From positions 138,510,001 to 138,574,000 of the forward strand of contig NC_086097.1 in assembly GCF_963921235.1 (NCBI RefSeq): 64,000 nt of DNA, read 5' to 3'. The notes beneath the pieces are model-generated. The model was not told the origin of the DNA and searched no databases. It saw nothing but the letters and a program-made list of their open reading frames with translations. This document shows, one piece after another, positions 11,655 to 24,001 of this stretch. Every line of letters starts with the position of its first letter. The first letter of the stretch is position 1. The position numbers and the translations under genes are program-made. Source of the DNA: Mobula hypostoma. Its lineage: Eukaryota.

Positions 11655-14600
11655 CTTATAAGATATGGGAGCAGCAGTAGGCCATTTGGCCCATCGAGTC
11701 GGCTTCACCATTCAAACATGGGCTGATCCAATTCTTCTAGTCATCCCCACTCCTCTGCCTTCTCCCCATACCCTTTGATGCCCTGGCTAATCAAGAACCT
11801 ATCTATCTCTGCCTTAAATACACCCAATGACTTGGCCTCCACAGCTGCTCGTGGCAACAAATTCCACAGATTTACCACCCTCTAACTAAAGTAATTTCAT
11901 GTATCTCTGTTCTAAATGGACGTCCTTCAATCCTGAAGTCATGCCCTCTTGTCCTGAACTCCCCTACCATGGGAAATAACTTTGCCATATCTAATGTGTT
12001 CAGGCCCTTTAACATTTGGAATGTTTCTATGAGATCCCTTCTCATTCTCCTGAACTCCAGAGAGCACAGCCAAGAGCTGCCAGACGTTCCTCATACAGTA
12101 ACCTTTTCATTCTTGGAATCAATCTTGCGAATCTTCTTTGAACTCTCTCCAATGTCAGTACATCCTTTCTAAAATAAGGATCCCAAAACTGCACACAATA
12201 CTCTCAAGGATGGTCTCACGAGTGCCTTATAGAGCCTCAACATCACATCCCCGCTCTTGTATTCTATACCTCTAGAAATGAATGCCAACATTGCATTCGT
12301 TGTCTTCACCACGACTCAACCTGGAAGCTAACCTTCAGGGTATCCTGCACAAGGTCTCCCCAGTCTCTTTGCATCTCTGCATTTTGAATTCTCTCCCCGT
12401 CTAAATAATAGTCTGCCGGTTTATTTCTTCCACTGAAGTGCATGACCATACACTTCCCAACATTGTATTTCATTTGCCACTTCTTTGCCCATTCCCCCAA
12501 ACTATCTAAGTCTCTCTGTTTCCTCAACACTACCCGCTCCTCCACCTATCTTTGTATCATCGGCAAATTTAGCCACAAGTCCATTAATCCCACAGTCCAA
12601 ACCATTGACGTACATCGTAAAAAGCAGCGGTCCCAACACCAACCCCTGTGGAACTCCACTGGTAACTGGGAGCCAGCCAGAATAGGATCCCTTTAGTCCC
12701 ACTCTCTGTTTTCTGCTGATCAGCCAATGCTCCATCCATGCTAGTAACTCCTCTGTAATTCCACGGGCTCTTATCTCGCTAAGCAGCCTCATGTGCAGCA
12801 CCTTGTCAAAGGCTTTCTGAAAATCCAAGTACAGCACATCTGCATATACGGCGGATCCGGCAAGTTCAGTAACTGAACTTATGACGGAGAAGGCGGATGA
12901 GCTACAACCTCAAATGTCAACAGCTGTAGTATTGGCGGATGAACATTTGGGAAGAGAAATGGCAATTTCTTCAGTTCGCCCAATGGTAGGCAATAGCAAA
13001 CCACCGTTGCAGTTTGCTAAGAAAACTATGGTCAAACTCACAAAATGTATCACACAACAACAGGGTCAAGAGGATCTTCAAGACAACTCTGAAGATGTTT
13101 GGCTCGGTAGGGTTGATTCTGGCCAGCAGGGGATCCCCGACCGTCGTCAAGCTACTGCTCATAAATTTAAAGTAACGCAAAAGGAAATTATTGCCACTTG
13201 GAATGTAAGAACCTTATATCAAGCAGGAAGATTGGACAATGTGATAAATGAAACGGAAAGGGAATTGGAACAATGTGGTTTTGTGAAAGACAAAGGTACA
13301 AGAAACACAATATGATGTTAAGGATACTATCAGAACGAGCTATTCAAGTGCAAAAAGATTTGTTTGTTTGTTTTATCAACTACACAAAAGCATTTGATAA
13401 AGTGAGGCACAATAAGTTATTTGAAATATTACAGAAAACTCTAGATGTAGATTCGAAAGACCTCCACCTAATCAGAAATCTGTACTGGGAACAAACTGCT
13501 GCTGTAAGAATAGATGGAGAAGTGAGTCAGTTTACGAAAATCAAGAGAGGCGTTAGACAAGGATGTGCTTTCTTCCCTGATTTATTTAATGTGTACAGTG
13601 AAACAATATTACAAAAAATAAGAGACATCTTGGGAATCAAAGTTGGCAGTGAAAACATCAATAATTTCAGATAGGCAGATGACACTGTGCTAATTGCAAG
13701 TACGGAGGAAGAACTACAAAACTTAATTGATATAATTGTTGAAGAAAGTGCAAAAGTGAGTCTATCTATCAATTGCAAAAAGACAATGCATAGTGATATC
13801 CAAAATGAAGGAGTATCCTATCTGCAGGCTGAGAATAAATGGGGAAGACATAAAACAAGTAAAGAACTTTTGCTACTTAGGAAGCTGGGTGAGATCAGAT
13901 GGCAGGTGCGACTTGGACATCAAAAGAAGAATAGGGATGGCAAAAGACACCTTTATGAGAATGAAGAGTATACTGATCAATACTAAACTAGGCATGACAA
14001 CCTGCCTCAGAGTACTGAAATGTTATGTTTATCCAGTTATGTTATATGGCTCAGAATGTTGGACAATATCTGGCAACATGAGGAAACGAATTGTAGCAGT
14101 AGAAATGTGGTTTTTGAGGAGGATGCAAAGAATATCATGGACGAAAAGAATATCTAATGAGGATTTCATGAACAGAGCAAGCACAAAAGGGAAATAATGT
14201 ATGAGATTGTGAAAAGGCAACGTAACTTCATTGGACATGTGATTAGGAAAGAGGAGTTAGAATGCACGGTAATTATGGGAAAGATTGAAGGGAAGAAAGC
14301 AAGAGGAAGACAAAGACAAATGATGATGGAGACAGCAGCCAGAGAACTGGAAATGAATACCAATGAATTGATCCACTTGACCCGAAACAGGAGTGTGTGG
14401 GCCATGGCAGTCAAAGCTCAAACTGGGCATGGCACCTGATGATGAAGAAGATGATGATGACACCAGATCTACAGCATCTCCTTTGTCTACCCTGCTTATA
14501 ATTTCCTCAAAAAATTGCAGTAGGTTCGTCAGGCAGGATTTTTCTTTCAGGAAACCATGCTGGCTTTGGCATATTTTGTCATGTACCTCCAGGTATTCTG

Positions 14601-16390
14601 TAATCTCATCCCTAACAATTGATTTTAACAACTTCCCAACCACTGATATCAGGCTAACAGGTCTATGGTTTCCTTCTGCAAGTTTTTAAAAGCTTCCCAA
14701 TCCTCTATCTTCTCACTAGTTTTGGCTTCCTTGTATGCCCTGTCTTTTGCTTTTACTTTGTTTCTGACTTCACTTGTCAGCCATGGTAGTGTCCTTCCAT
14801 TCGAAAATTTCTTCTTATTTGGAATATATCTGTCTTGTACTTCCCTCATTTTTCGCAGAAACTCCAGCCTTGCTGCTCTGCTGTCCTTCCTGCTAGTGTC
14901 TCTTTCCATTCAATCTTGGCCAGTTCCCCTCTCATGCCATTGTAATTTCCCTTATTCCACTGAAATACTGACACATTGGAATTTAATTTCTCCTTCTCAA
15001 ATTTCAAAGTGAATTCGATCATATGGTGATCACTGTTCCATACGGGTTCCTTACCATAAGCTCTCTTATCACCTCTGGATCATTGCACAACATCCAGTCT
15101 AGCACAGCCAATCCTGTAGTGGGCTCAACAACAAGCTGTTCTAAAAAGCCATCCCTTAGACATTCTACAAATTTTCTCTCTTGAGGTCTATTGCTGGCCT
15201 GGTTTTCCCAATGCACTTTCATGTTAAAATCCCCAACGATTACCGTGACATTGTCCTTCTGACATGCCTTTTCTATCTCCTGCTGGATTTGTAATCCACA
15301 TCCTGGCTGCTGTTTGGAGGCCTGTATACAACTGCCATTAGGGTCCTTTTACCCTTGCCATTTCTTAACTCAACCCATAGAGGCTCTCCCTTCCGATCCT
15401 ATGTCTTTCCTTTCTAATGATTTAATATTATTTCTTATACACAGGGCCACACCAACCCCTCTGTCTACTAACCTATCTTTCCGATACACCGTATATCCTT
15501 TGATATTCAAGTCCCAATGGCAGCCATCCTTTAGCCAAGTTTTAGAGATGGCTGCAACGTCATACTTGTCAATCTGCAGCTGAATTTCAAGATCATCCAT
15601 TTTATTTCTTATGCTGCATGCATTCAAATACACTTTCAGTCCAGTATTTGTTCCTTTCTGTTTTAACTGCACCACACCTCTATTGCCCTGTAACTCATCC
15701 CATTGGCTGTGATTAAGCTTCATCTCCTGGCTGTCCTTTCGATCATCTCTGTTGCACGCTACCTTTGATTTATTTCTGTTTTCCCCTTCCTCAGCCCTAT
15801 CACTCTGGTTCCTATCCCCCTACCAAATTAGTTTAAACCTTCCCTAACAGCTCTATTAAACCTGCCTGCTAGGATATTGGACCCCTTTGGGTTCAGGTGT
15901 AATTCATCCGTTCTGTTCAGGTCGTACTTCCCCCCGAAGATGCCCCCATGATCCAGGAACTTGAAGCTCTGCCCCCTACACAAGTCTCTCAGCCACACAT
16001 TAATATGCTTGATCATGCTATTCTTGCGCTTGCTAGCATGTGACACCAGCAGCAATCCCGAGACTACTACCCCGGAGGTCCCGCTTTTCAGCTTCCTACC
16101 CAACTCGCTGAATTCTCTCTTCAGGAATTCCTCCCTTTTTCTACCTCTGTCATTGGTACCAACTTGTACCAAGACTACTTTTGGCTTCCTTCAGACAGAA
16201 TACTCTGCACCCGATCCGAGACATCCTGTACACTGGCACCTGGGACGCAACACACCATGTGGGTATCTCTATCAGGCTGACAGAATCTCCTGTCTGTTCC
16301 CCTCACTATGGAATCCCCTATGGCTAACGCATTCCTCATCATCTTCTCTCCCTTCTGCACCACAGACCCGGACTCAGTGCCAGAGATGCT
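11655..16390 (-). mobile_element. CR1 LINE (ORF1 SGNH esterase, endonuclease, RT), interrupted by an RTE
   Basis: ORF1 IGDSIVRG, VGTND, DELHLN; endonuclease YLNACSIRNK; RT YLDFQKAFDKV, SGVPQGLVLGPLLF, KFADDTK; 3' tail near 11655. Confidence 0.92.
12842..14460 (+). mobile_element. RTE-clade LINE (BovB/RTE-like) with a large internal deletion
   Basis: IATWNVRTL endonuclease start is fused directly to RT EQCGF; YTKAFDKV, GVRQGC, YGSECWT motifs; (GAT)n tail; degenerate TSD cagcacatct (12832) / caccagatct (14461). Confidence 0.9.
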
Positions 16391-17881
16391 GATATTGCAA
16401 CCATTTTGTCATGATATTATTAAAATTTACATCTGATTAGGCAGATCTAGATGTAACAGCTACAGAGGATGCTAACAATGTTGAAAGAATAATCTTTGAA
16501 AAATTACTTTTCAGTTGATGTTTATATTTTTATAGCAGAGTTCGCAAAGCCTTTCAGAAAATCAACTTTTTTGATTCTGTTCTGAATCGGGATTTAAATT
16601 GATATTTAAAGCTCAGAAAGGTACATTTTGGGGGAAAAATAATAAATTAAAACAAATTACTGGCAAATTTAGAGGTTTCATAATCAGAAAGCAAAAGAGG
16701 CTGAGTTTTGTGTTGTCATTCCTTGGTGATAAGAGGCCACAACAGTATTCTGTTACATTTTTACAGTTGTTATTAATGATATGCTGTTGTGTTGGTAGCA
16801 AAGCCAATATTTACTATTCTGAATTGCACTTGGAAAGTTGGTGGCCCACTGTTCACTTGACCCCCTTAGTCTGGTGCACACTCAATGATTTGGTCTTTAG
16901 TGGCACGGGGACTCCAGGATTTTGAACATCTACAGTAAATTAACTTTGATATATTTTAAACTAAGATTATGTCTTACTTGGAAGGGAACTGGCAGGTATG
17001 GTGGAGCAGTTCTGGTGAGGCCATGGTCCTTATCTTTGTGGAGGATGATGTTAGTGATCTTGTGTGGTGCTGTGAAGAAAGTTGTAGTATGTTTCTGCAG
17101 TGGGTAAATAATAGACCCTCCAGGTGTGGTGTATCGAATCATTTCAGGGTCACATTCCAGGTTATTTCATTAACTAAATTTACCTTTCCTGGCTGCTTTG
17201 GAGGACTTTCTTCGGATCATTTGTCCAATTCACTGGATCTCTAGATCAATAACATAATCACTCTGTTATAGTATCTGTTGCGTTCTCTATGGTACCAGAG
17301 TGGTTATGGTTGACAGCTTGTATGGAAGAAGAGTCGAGACATCGTTCACAGTTATCAAAGTGATGCTACTGTTATCAACAGTAATAGCTTTCCATATTAA
17401 ACATGAAGTCAGCCTAAGAGATTAATAGAATCTTAAGTGCTGATACCTGATAGGACACGTGAAGTTTCAGTGCTTCTTCCAGGGTTGAAGTTAATGCCAC
17501 ATTATGTAATCTAACCCTGGAGATAATCCTGATTTTATAATGTAATAAACTGGAATAAAAGCTTGAATTTAATTTCTAAGGAGATGAAATGAATTTCCAA
17601 TGTAACTTTAAGGATCAAATCATGACTTCAGCTGATTCCTCCGGGCAGAGAGACTAAATGTAAAAAACTTTTTGTACTCTATGTTGAGAAATATTTGCTG
17701 AGACTACTTGTAGGTTTTAAGTTGAAAACAATTTGTGTTCCTTTTAGTAGTGAAGTTAATCAGAATCATATTTAATATCACAAGCAAATGTCATGAAATT
17801 TGTTATGTGGCAGCAGTACATTACAATGCATAATAATAATAAATGAATTACAGTAAAAAGTGCGTGTAATAATATATATAT

Positions 17882-19434
17882 CCTATAAAAAGTATTCACC
17901 CCTCCTCGGAAGTTTACACATTTTATTGTTTTACAGCATTGAATCACAGTGGATTTCATTTGGCCTCATGACACTGATCAAGAGAAAAGACTCTTTGGTG
18001 TCAAAGTGAAAACAAATTTCAACAAATTGGCCTAAGTTTACTACATTTACTAAACACAGAATAATTGATTGCATAATTACTCACCCCCTTCAAGTCAGTC
18101 TTTAGTAAGTGCACCTTTGGCAGCAATTACAGCTTTGAGTCTGTGTGGATAGGTTTCCTATCAGCTTTGCACATCTGCAATTTTCCCCCATTCTTCTTTA
18201 CAGAACTGCTCAAGCTCTGTCAGACAGCATGGGGTTTGTGAGTGAACAGCCCTTTTCAGGTCATTGAGGTCTGGACTCTGACTTGACCACTATAGGACAT
18301 TAACATTGTTGTTTTAAGCTGTTCCTGTGTCGCTTTAGCTTTATGCTTGGAGTGATTGCCTTGCAGGAACACAAATTTTCTCCCAAGTCGCAGCTATCCT
18401 GCAGACTGCATCAGGTTTTCCTCCAAGATTTTCCTGTATTTTGCTACATTCATTTTACCCTCTACCTTCACAAGCCTACCAGAGTCTGCTGCAGTGAAGC
18501 ATCCCCACAGCATGACCCAGCCACCACAATACCTGAAGGTAGAGATGATATGTTCATGATGATGTGCGGTGTTTGGCTCATGCCAAACATAGGGTTGAGT
18601 TGAATGGCCAAAAACTCAACTTGGTTTCATCGGACCATAGAACCTTCTTCCAGCTGACTTCAGAGTCTCCCACATGCCTTCTGGCAAATTCTAGCTGAAA
18701 TTTCATTGGAGTTTTTTTTCAACAGTGGCTCTCTCTTTACCATTCTCCCATAAAGCTGTGACTGGTGAAGCACCTGGGCAACTCAGCCACTGAAGCTTGT
18801 AACTTCTCCAGAGCTGTCATAGGTCTCTTGGTGGCTTCACTCACCAGTCCCCTTCTTGCACGATCACTCAGTTTTTGAAGACGGCCTGCTCTAGGCAGAT
18901 TTACAACTGTGCCATATTCGTTCCATTTCTTGATGATTGATTTAACTGTTTCCAAGGGATGTTCAGTGACTTGGAAATTTTCTTGTATCCATCTCCTGAC
19001 TTGTGCTTTTCAATAACCTTTTTGTGGAGTTGCTGGGAGTGTTCCTTTGTCTTAATGGTGTAGCTTTTGCCAGAATACTGAGTTAGAACTTCCAGATACA
19101 GTTGTATTTTACTGCAGTCCATTGAAACACCTTGACTGCACAAGGTGATCCCCATTTAACTAATTATGTGACTTCTAAAACCAGTTGGCTGCACCAGTGA
19201 TGATTTGGTGTGTCATATTAAAGGGGTGAATACTTATGCAGTCAATTATTTTGTGTTTTACATTTGTAATTAATTTGGATAACTTTGTAAAAATCTGTTT
19301 TTATTTTGACACAAAAGAGTACTTTTCTGTTGATCAGTGTCAAAAAATCCAAATTAAATTCACTGTGATTCACTGTTGTAAAACAATAAACCATGAAACT
19401 TCTGAGGGGGGGTCTATGCTTCTTATAGGCACTG
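17882..19434 (-). mobile_element. Second Tc1-family element (deleted transposase) sitting in a TA run
   Basis: Ends cctataaaaagtattcaccc / gggtctatgcttcttataggcactg; minus-strand KTKEHSQQL..GDGYKKISKSL and TVKSIIKKW..LPRAGR. Confidence 0.87.
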
Positions 19435-20650
19435 ATATATATTATATACACGTACATACACGCGCGCATATACACACACACAGCAGAAAACCAGGCTGCA
19501 AAGGGTTCACAAACTTTTTCTTGCAAATGTATGTACATAGCCCTCTGAAAACTGGTATGTGTTCCAACATCTTACTCTTTCTGAACTTCACAGTCAGTTC
19601 TTTGGTCTTATCGACATTGAGGGCTAGGCTGTTGCTGCGACACTACCCAACTAGCTGATAGCTCGCTCCTATACGCCACCTTCTCACCGTCTGAAATTTT
19701 GCCAACAATAGTTGTGTCATCATCAAATTTAAAGATGGCATTTGCATTGGGTCTAGCCACACAGTCATGGGTGTAGAGAAAGTAGAGCAATGGGTTAAGA
19801 ACACATCTTTGAGATGCACCATTGTCAGTTATCAGTGGGGTGGAGATGGTCTTCAGATGAGGAAGTCGAAATCCAGTTGCAGAGGGAGGTACAGAGGCCC
19901 AGGTTTTGGAGCTTTTCGATCAGACCTGTAGGAAAAATGTTGAGTTGTAGTCATTAAATAGACCGACTTAAGTGCTGGTATTGTCCAGATGATCTAAGAC
20001 TGCATGAAGAGCCAGTGAGATCGCCTCCGCTGTAGACCTTCTGTTGCGATAGACAAAATTGCAGTGGTTACAGGCCCCTGCTGAGACAGGATTTGATTCT
20101 CGCCAAAACCAACCTCTCAAAGCACTTCGTCACTGTAGATGTGAATGCCACTGGATGATAGTCTTTGAGGCAGCTCACCCTGCCTTTGGACACTGGTATG
20201 ATTGTTGCCCTTTTGAAGCAGATGGGAGCTTTCAACTGTAGCAGTGAGAGATTGAAAATTCGTTTGAACACACCCGCCAGTTGGTTGGCACAGATTTTCT
20301 GAGCCCTTCCAGGTATTCCATTAGGGCCTGTTGCCTTGTGTGGATTCGCCCTCTTGAAAGGCAATCTGACATCAGCCTCCAAGACAGAGATCACAGTGTC
20401 ACTGGGTGCTGCGAGGATCCACGTAGCTGTAGTTCTGTTCTCCCTTTCAAAGTGTGCATAAAAGATGCTGAGCTCATCTGAGAGTGAAGCATCACTGCCA
20501 TTTATGATGTTAGGTTTTGCTTTGTAGGAAGTAATGGCGTTCAAAGCCTGCCAGAATTGATTTGCACCTGATTCCACCTCTAACTTCGTTTGGAATTGTT
20601 CCTTTGCTCCTGAGATGGCCCCACGTAAATCGTACTTGGGCTTCTTGTAT

Positions 20651-22630
20651 ATTCAGAATCGGAATCAGGTTTATTATCACCGGCATGTGACGTAAAATGT
20701 GTTAACTTAGCAGCAGCAGCAGTTCAATGCATTACATAATCTAGCAGAGAGAGTGGAAAAAAAAATAAGTAAAATAAAACACAATTGGCATGTCCCCAGA
20801 GCGAGGTGTTTAGATGGGGTGAGTTTGTTAGGTGTGTTCAAGAAGGTTTCTTGACTCAATATGTAGATAAGCCAACAAGAGGAGAGGCTGTGCTTGATCT
20901 GTTATTAGGAAATGAACCTGGTCAGGTGTCAGATCTCTTAGTGGGAGAGCATTTTGGAGATGGTGATCAGAATTCTATCTCCTTTACCATAGCATTGGAA
21001 AAGGATAGGAATAGACAAGTTAGGAAAGCGCTTAATTGGAGTAAGGGGAAATATGAGGCTATCAGGCAGGAACTTGGAAGCATAAATTGGAAACATGTTC
21101 TCAGGGAAACGTATGGAAGAAATGTGGCAAATTTTCAGGGGATATTTGTGTGGAGTTCTGCATAGGTACGTTCCAATGAGACAGGGAAAGGATGATAGGG
21201 TACAGGAACTCTGGTGTACAAAGGCTGTTGTAAATCTAGTCAAGAAGAAAAGAAGAGCTTACGAAAGGTTCAAAAACCTAGGTAATGATAGAGAGCTAGA
21301 AGATTATAAGACTAGCAGGAAGGAGATCAAGAAAGAAATTAGGAGAGCCAGAAGGGGCCATGAGAAGGCCTTGGCGGACAGGATTGAGGAAAACCCCAAG
21401 GCATTTTACAAGTATGTTAAGAACAAGAGGACACAAAGGTTGGAGGTGTTGTGGTTAGTGTGGAGGCCGTCAGAAGTTACAGTGGGATATCCTATCAATG
21501 TGAGATAAGTGTGAGGTGGTTCATTTTGGTAGGTCAAATATCATGACAAAATATAGTATTAATGGTAAGGCTCTTGGCTGTGTGGAGGTTCAGAAGGATC
21601 TTGGAGTCCGAGTCCACTCAAAGCTGCTGCGCAGGTTGACTCTGTGATTAGGAGACCATATGGTGCATTGGCCTTCATCAATTGTGGGATTGAGTTTAGG
21701 AGCCGAAAGGTAATGTTGCTGCTATATAGGAATCTGGTCAGACCCCACTTGGAGTACTGTGCTCAGTTCTGGTCGCCTTACTATAGGTAGGATGTGGAAA
21801 CCATAGAAAGGGTGCAGAGGAGATTTACAAGGATGTTGCCTGGATTGGGGAGCATGCCTTATGAGAATAGGTTGAGTGAACTTGGCCTTTTTTCCTTGGA
21901 GCATTGGAGGATGAGAGGTGACCTGATAGAGGTGTATAAGATGATGAGAGGCATTGATCGTGTGGATAGTCAGAGGCTTTTTCCCAGGGCTGAAATGGCT
22001 AGCACGAGAGGGCATAGTTTTAAGGTGCTTGGAGTAGGTGCAGAGGAGATATCAGGGGTAGGTTTTTTACGCAGAGAGTGGTGAGTGCGTGGAATGGGCT
22101 GCTGGCGACTGGTGGAGGTGGATGCGATAGGGTCTTTTAAGAGACTCCTGGATAGGTACATGGAGCTTAGAAAAATAGAGGGCTATGGGTAACCCGAGGT
22201 AATTTCTCAGGTAAGAGCATGTTCGGCACAGCTTTGTGCGCCGAAGCGCCTGTATTGTGCTGTAGGTTTTCTGTTTCTATAATAATTAATAAATAATTAA
22301 ATCAACTACATATATTGAATAGATTTTTTAAAATGTGCAAAAACAGAAATACTGTATATTTAAAAAAAAAAGTGAGGTAGTGTCCAAAGCTTCAATGTCC
22401 ATTCAAAAATCGGATGGCAGAGGGAAGAAGCTGTTCCTGAATCGCTGAGTGTGTGCCTTCAGGCTTCTGTACCTCCTACCTGATGGTAACAGTGAGAAAA
22501 GGGCATGCCCTGGGTGCTGGAGGTCCTTAATAATGGATGCTGCCTTTCTGAGACACCGCTCTCTAAAGATGTCCTGGGTACTTTGTAGGCTAGTACCTAA
22601 GATATAACCGACTAGAATTACAACCTTCCT
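20651..22630 (-). mobile_element. Second, 5'-truncated Rex/Babar copy, split by a CR1
   Basis: Tail attcagaatcggaatcaggtttattatcacc at 20651-20784; continuation at 22281-22630. Confidence 0.7.
20785..22280 (+). mobile_element. CR1 LINE fragment with internal deletions
   Basis: FLTQYVDKPTRGEAVLDLLL, NPKAFYKY, LVRPHLEYCAQFW, TRGHSFK; CR1 3' end. Confidence 0.9.
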
Positions 22631-22998
22631 GCGTCATTAGACTTGAATGCCACAGATCTCGCCCTCAGCAGACTAGGAAACATCCTGGTTCATCCACGGC
22701 TTTTGATTCGAGTGTGTATGTTATGTTCTTGTATGCACATATTCGTCCGCAGAGGTTTTAATTAAGTCAGTGACAGTTGTGAGGTACTCATTCACACTCC
22801 AAGATGAATCCCTGAGTCCAGTCCACTGACTCAGAGCAGTCCTGTAGCACTCCTGCACTTCCCTTGTCCATACCTTCTTGGTCCTCACTATAGGCGCTGC
22901 GGTCTTCAGTCTCTGCCTATAGTCAGTGAGTAGAAGTACAGTCAGGTGATCAGATTTTCTAAAGTGTGGGCGTAGAATGGCATGGTAGTGCTCTAGAT

Positions 22999-23763
22999 CA
23001 GCGGTCCCCAACCACCGGGCCACGGACCAGTACCGGGCTGCAGAGCATGTGCTGCTGGGCTGCAAGGAAACGATAGGAGTCAGCTGCACCTTTCCTCATT
23101 CCCCATGATGCACTGTTGAACTTGAACATAGGGTTGCCAACTGTCCCGTAGACATCCCATATATTGGGGTAAATTGGTGTCTCCTTGGCCCTTGTCCTGT
23201 ATTTCCCCCGCTAAGGTAGAGTGTTCCTATGAAACCATTCGTGCCGAAATGGCGTAAAGCGAAGAAGCAATTGCCATTAATTTATATGGGAAAATTTTTT
23301 GAGCGTTCCCAGACCCAAAAAATAACCTACCAAATCATACCAAATAACACATAAAACCTAAAATAACACTAAAATATAGTAAAAGCAGGAGTGATATAAT
23401 AAATACACAGCCTATATAAAGTAGAAATAATGTATGTACAGTATTATCAGGAAGATTATGCCAAAACCGATTTGTGGAAAAAAAAATCGGCACGTACACG
23501 CATGCCCACAGAGGTGCCCGTGCAAGGCTTCACAGTAATGGTAGTCTTTCTCGGGGTAAACCCAAGTGTCCTGTATTTGACTGCTACTTTTGTCCCTTAT
23601 TTGGGAGTGAGAAAGTTGGCAAGCCTAACTGTAAAAGACATGTTGAGGTGAGTTTAACCCTACTTGAACACCGCCCCCCCCCCCCCCCGGTTGGCTGGCT
23701 GGTCTGCAAGAATATTGTCAATATTAAACCGGTCGGCGGCAAAAAAAAGGTTGGGGACCCCTG
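22999..23763. mobile_element. Non-autonomous hAT (Charlie/Buster-type) MITE, composite
   Basis: 15-bp TIRs cagcggtccccaacc / ggttggggacccctg (14/15 match); perfect 8-bp TSD CTCTAGAT at 22991-22998 and 23764-23771. Confidence 0.92.
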
Positions 23764-24001
23764 CTCTAGATGGTAGTATAACACTGGTTTGGTGTGTTAG
23801 CTCCTCTGGTTCCACAAATGATATGTTGGCCATAATTATTTGGAGACTTTTTAAAGTTGGCCTGGTTAAAGTCCCCTAAAATGATGGGGCAGGTAACAGG
23901 GTGCACTATGGGTGTTGATTATGTTGCTTAGTTCATCAAGAACCTGTATAACAGGGGCCTGAGATAGGATTTATGCTGCTACCAAGAGGATGGCTGAAAA
24001 C

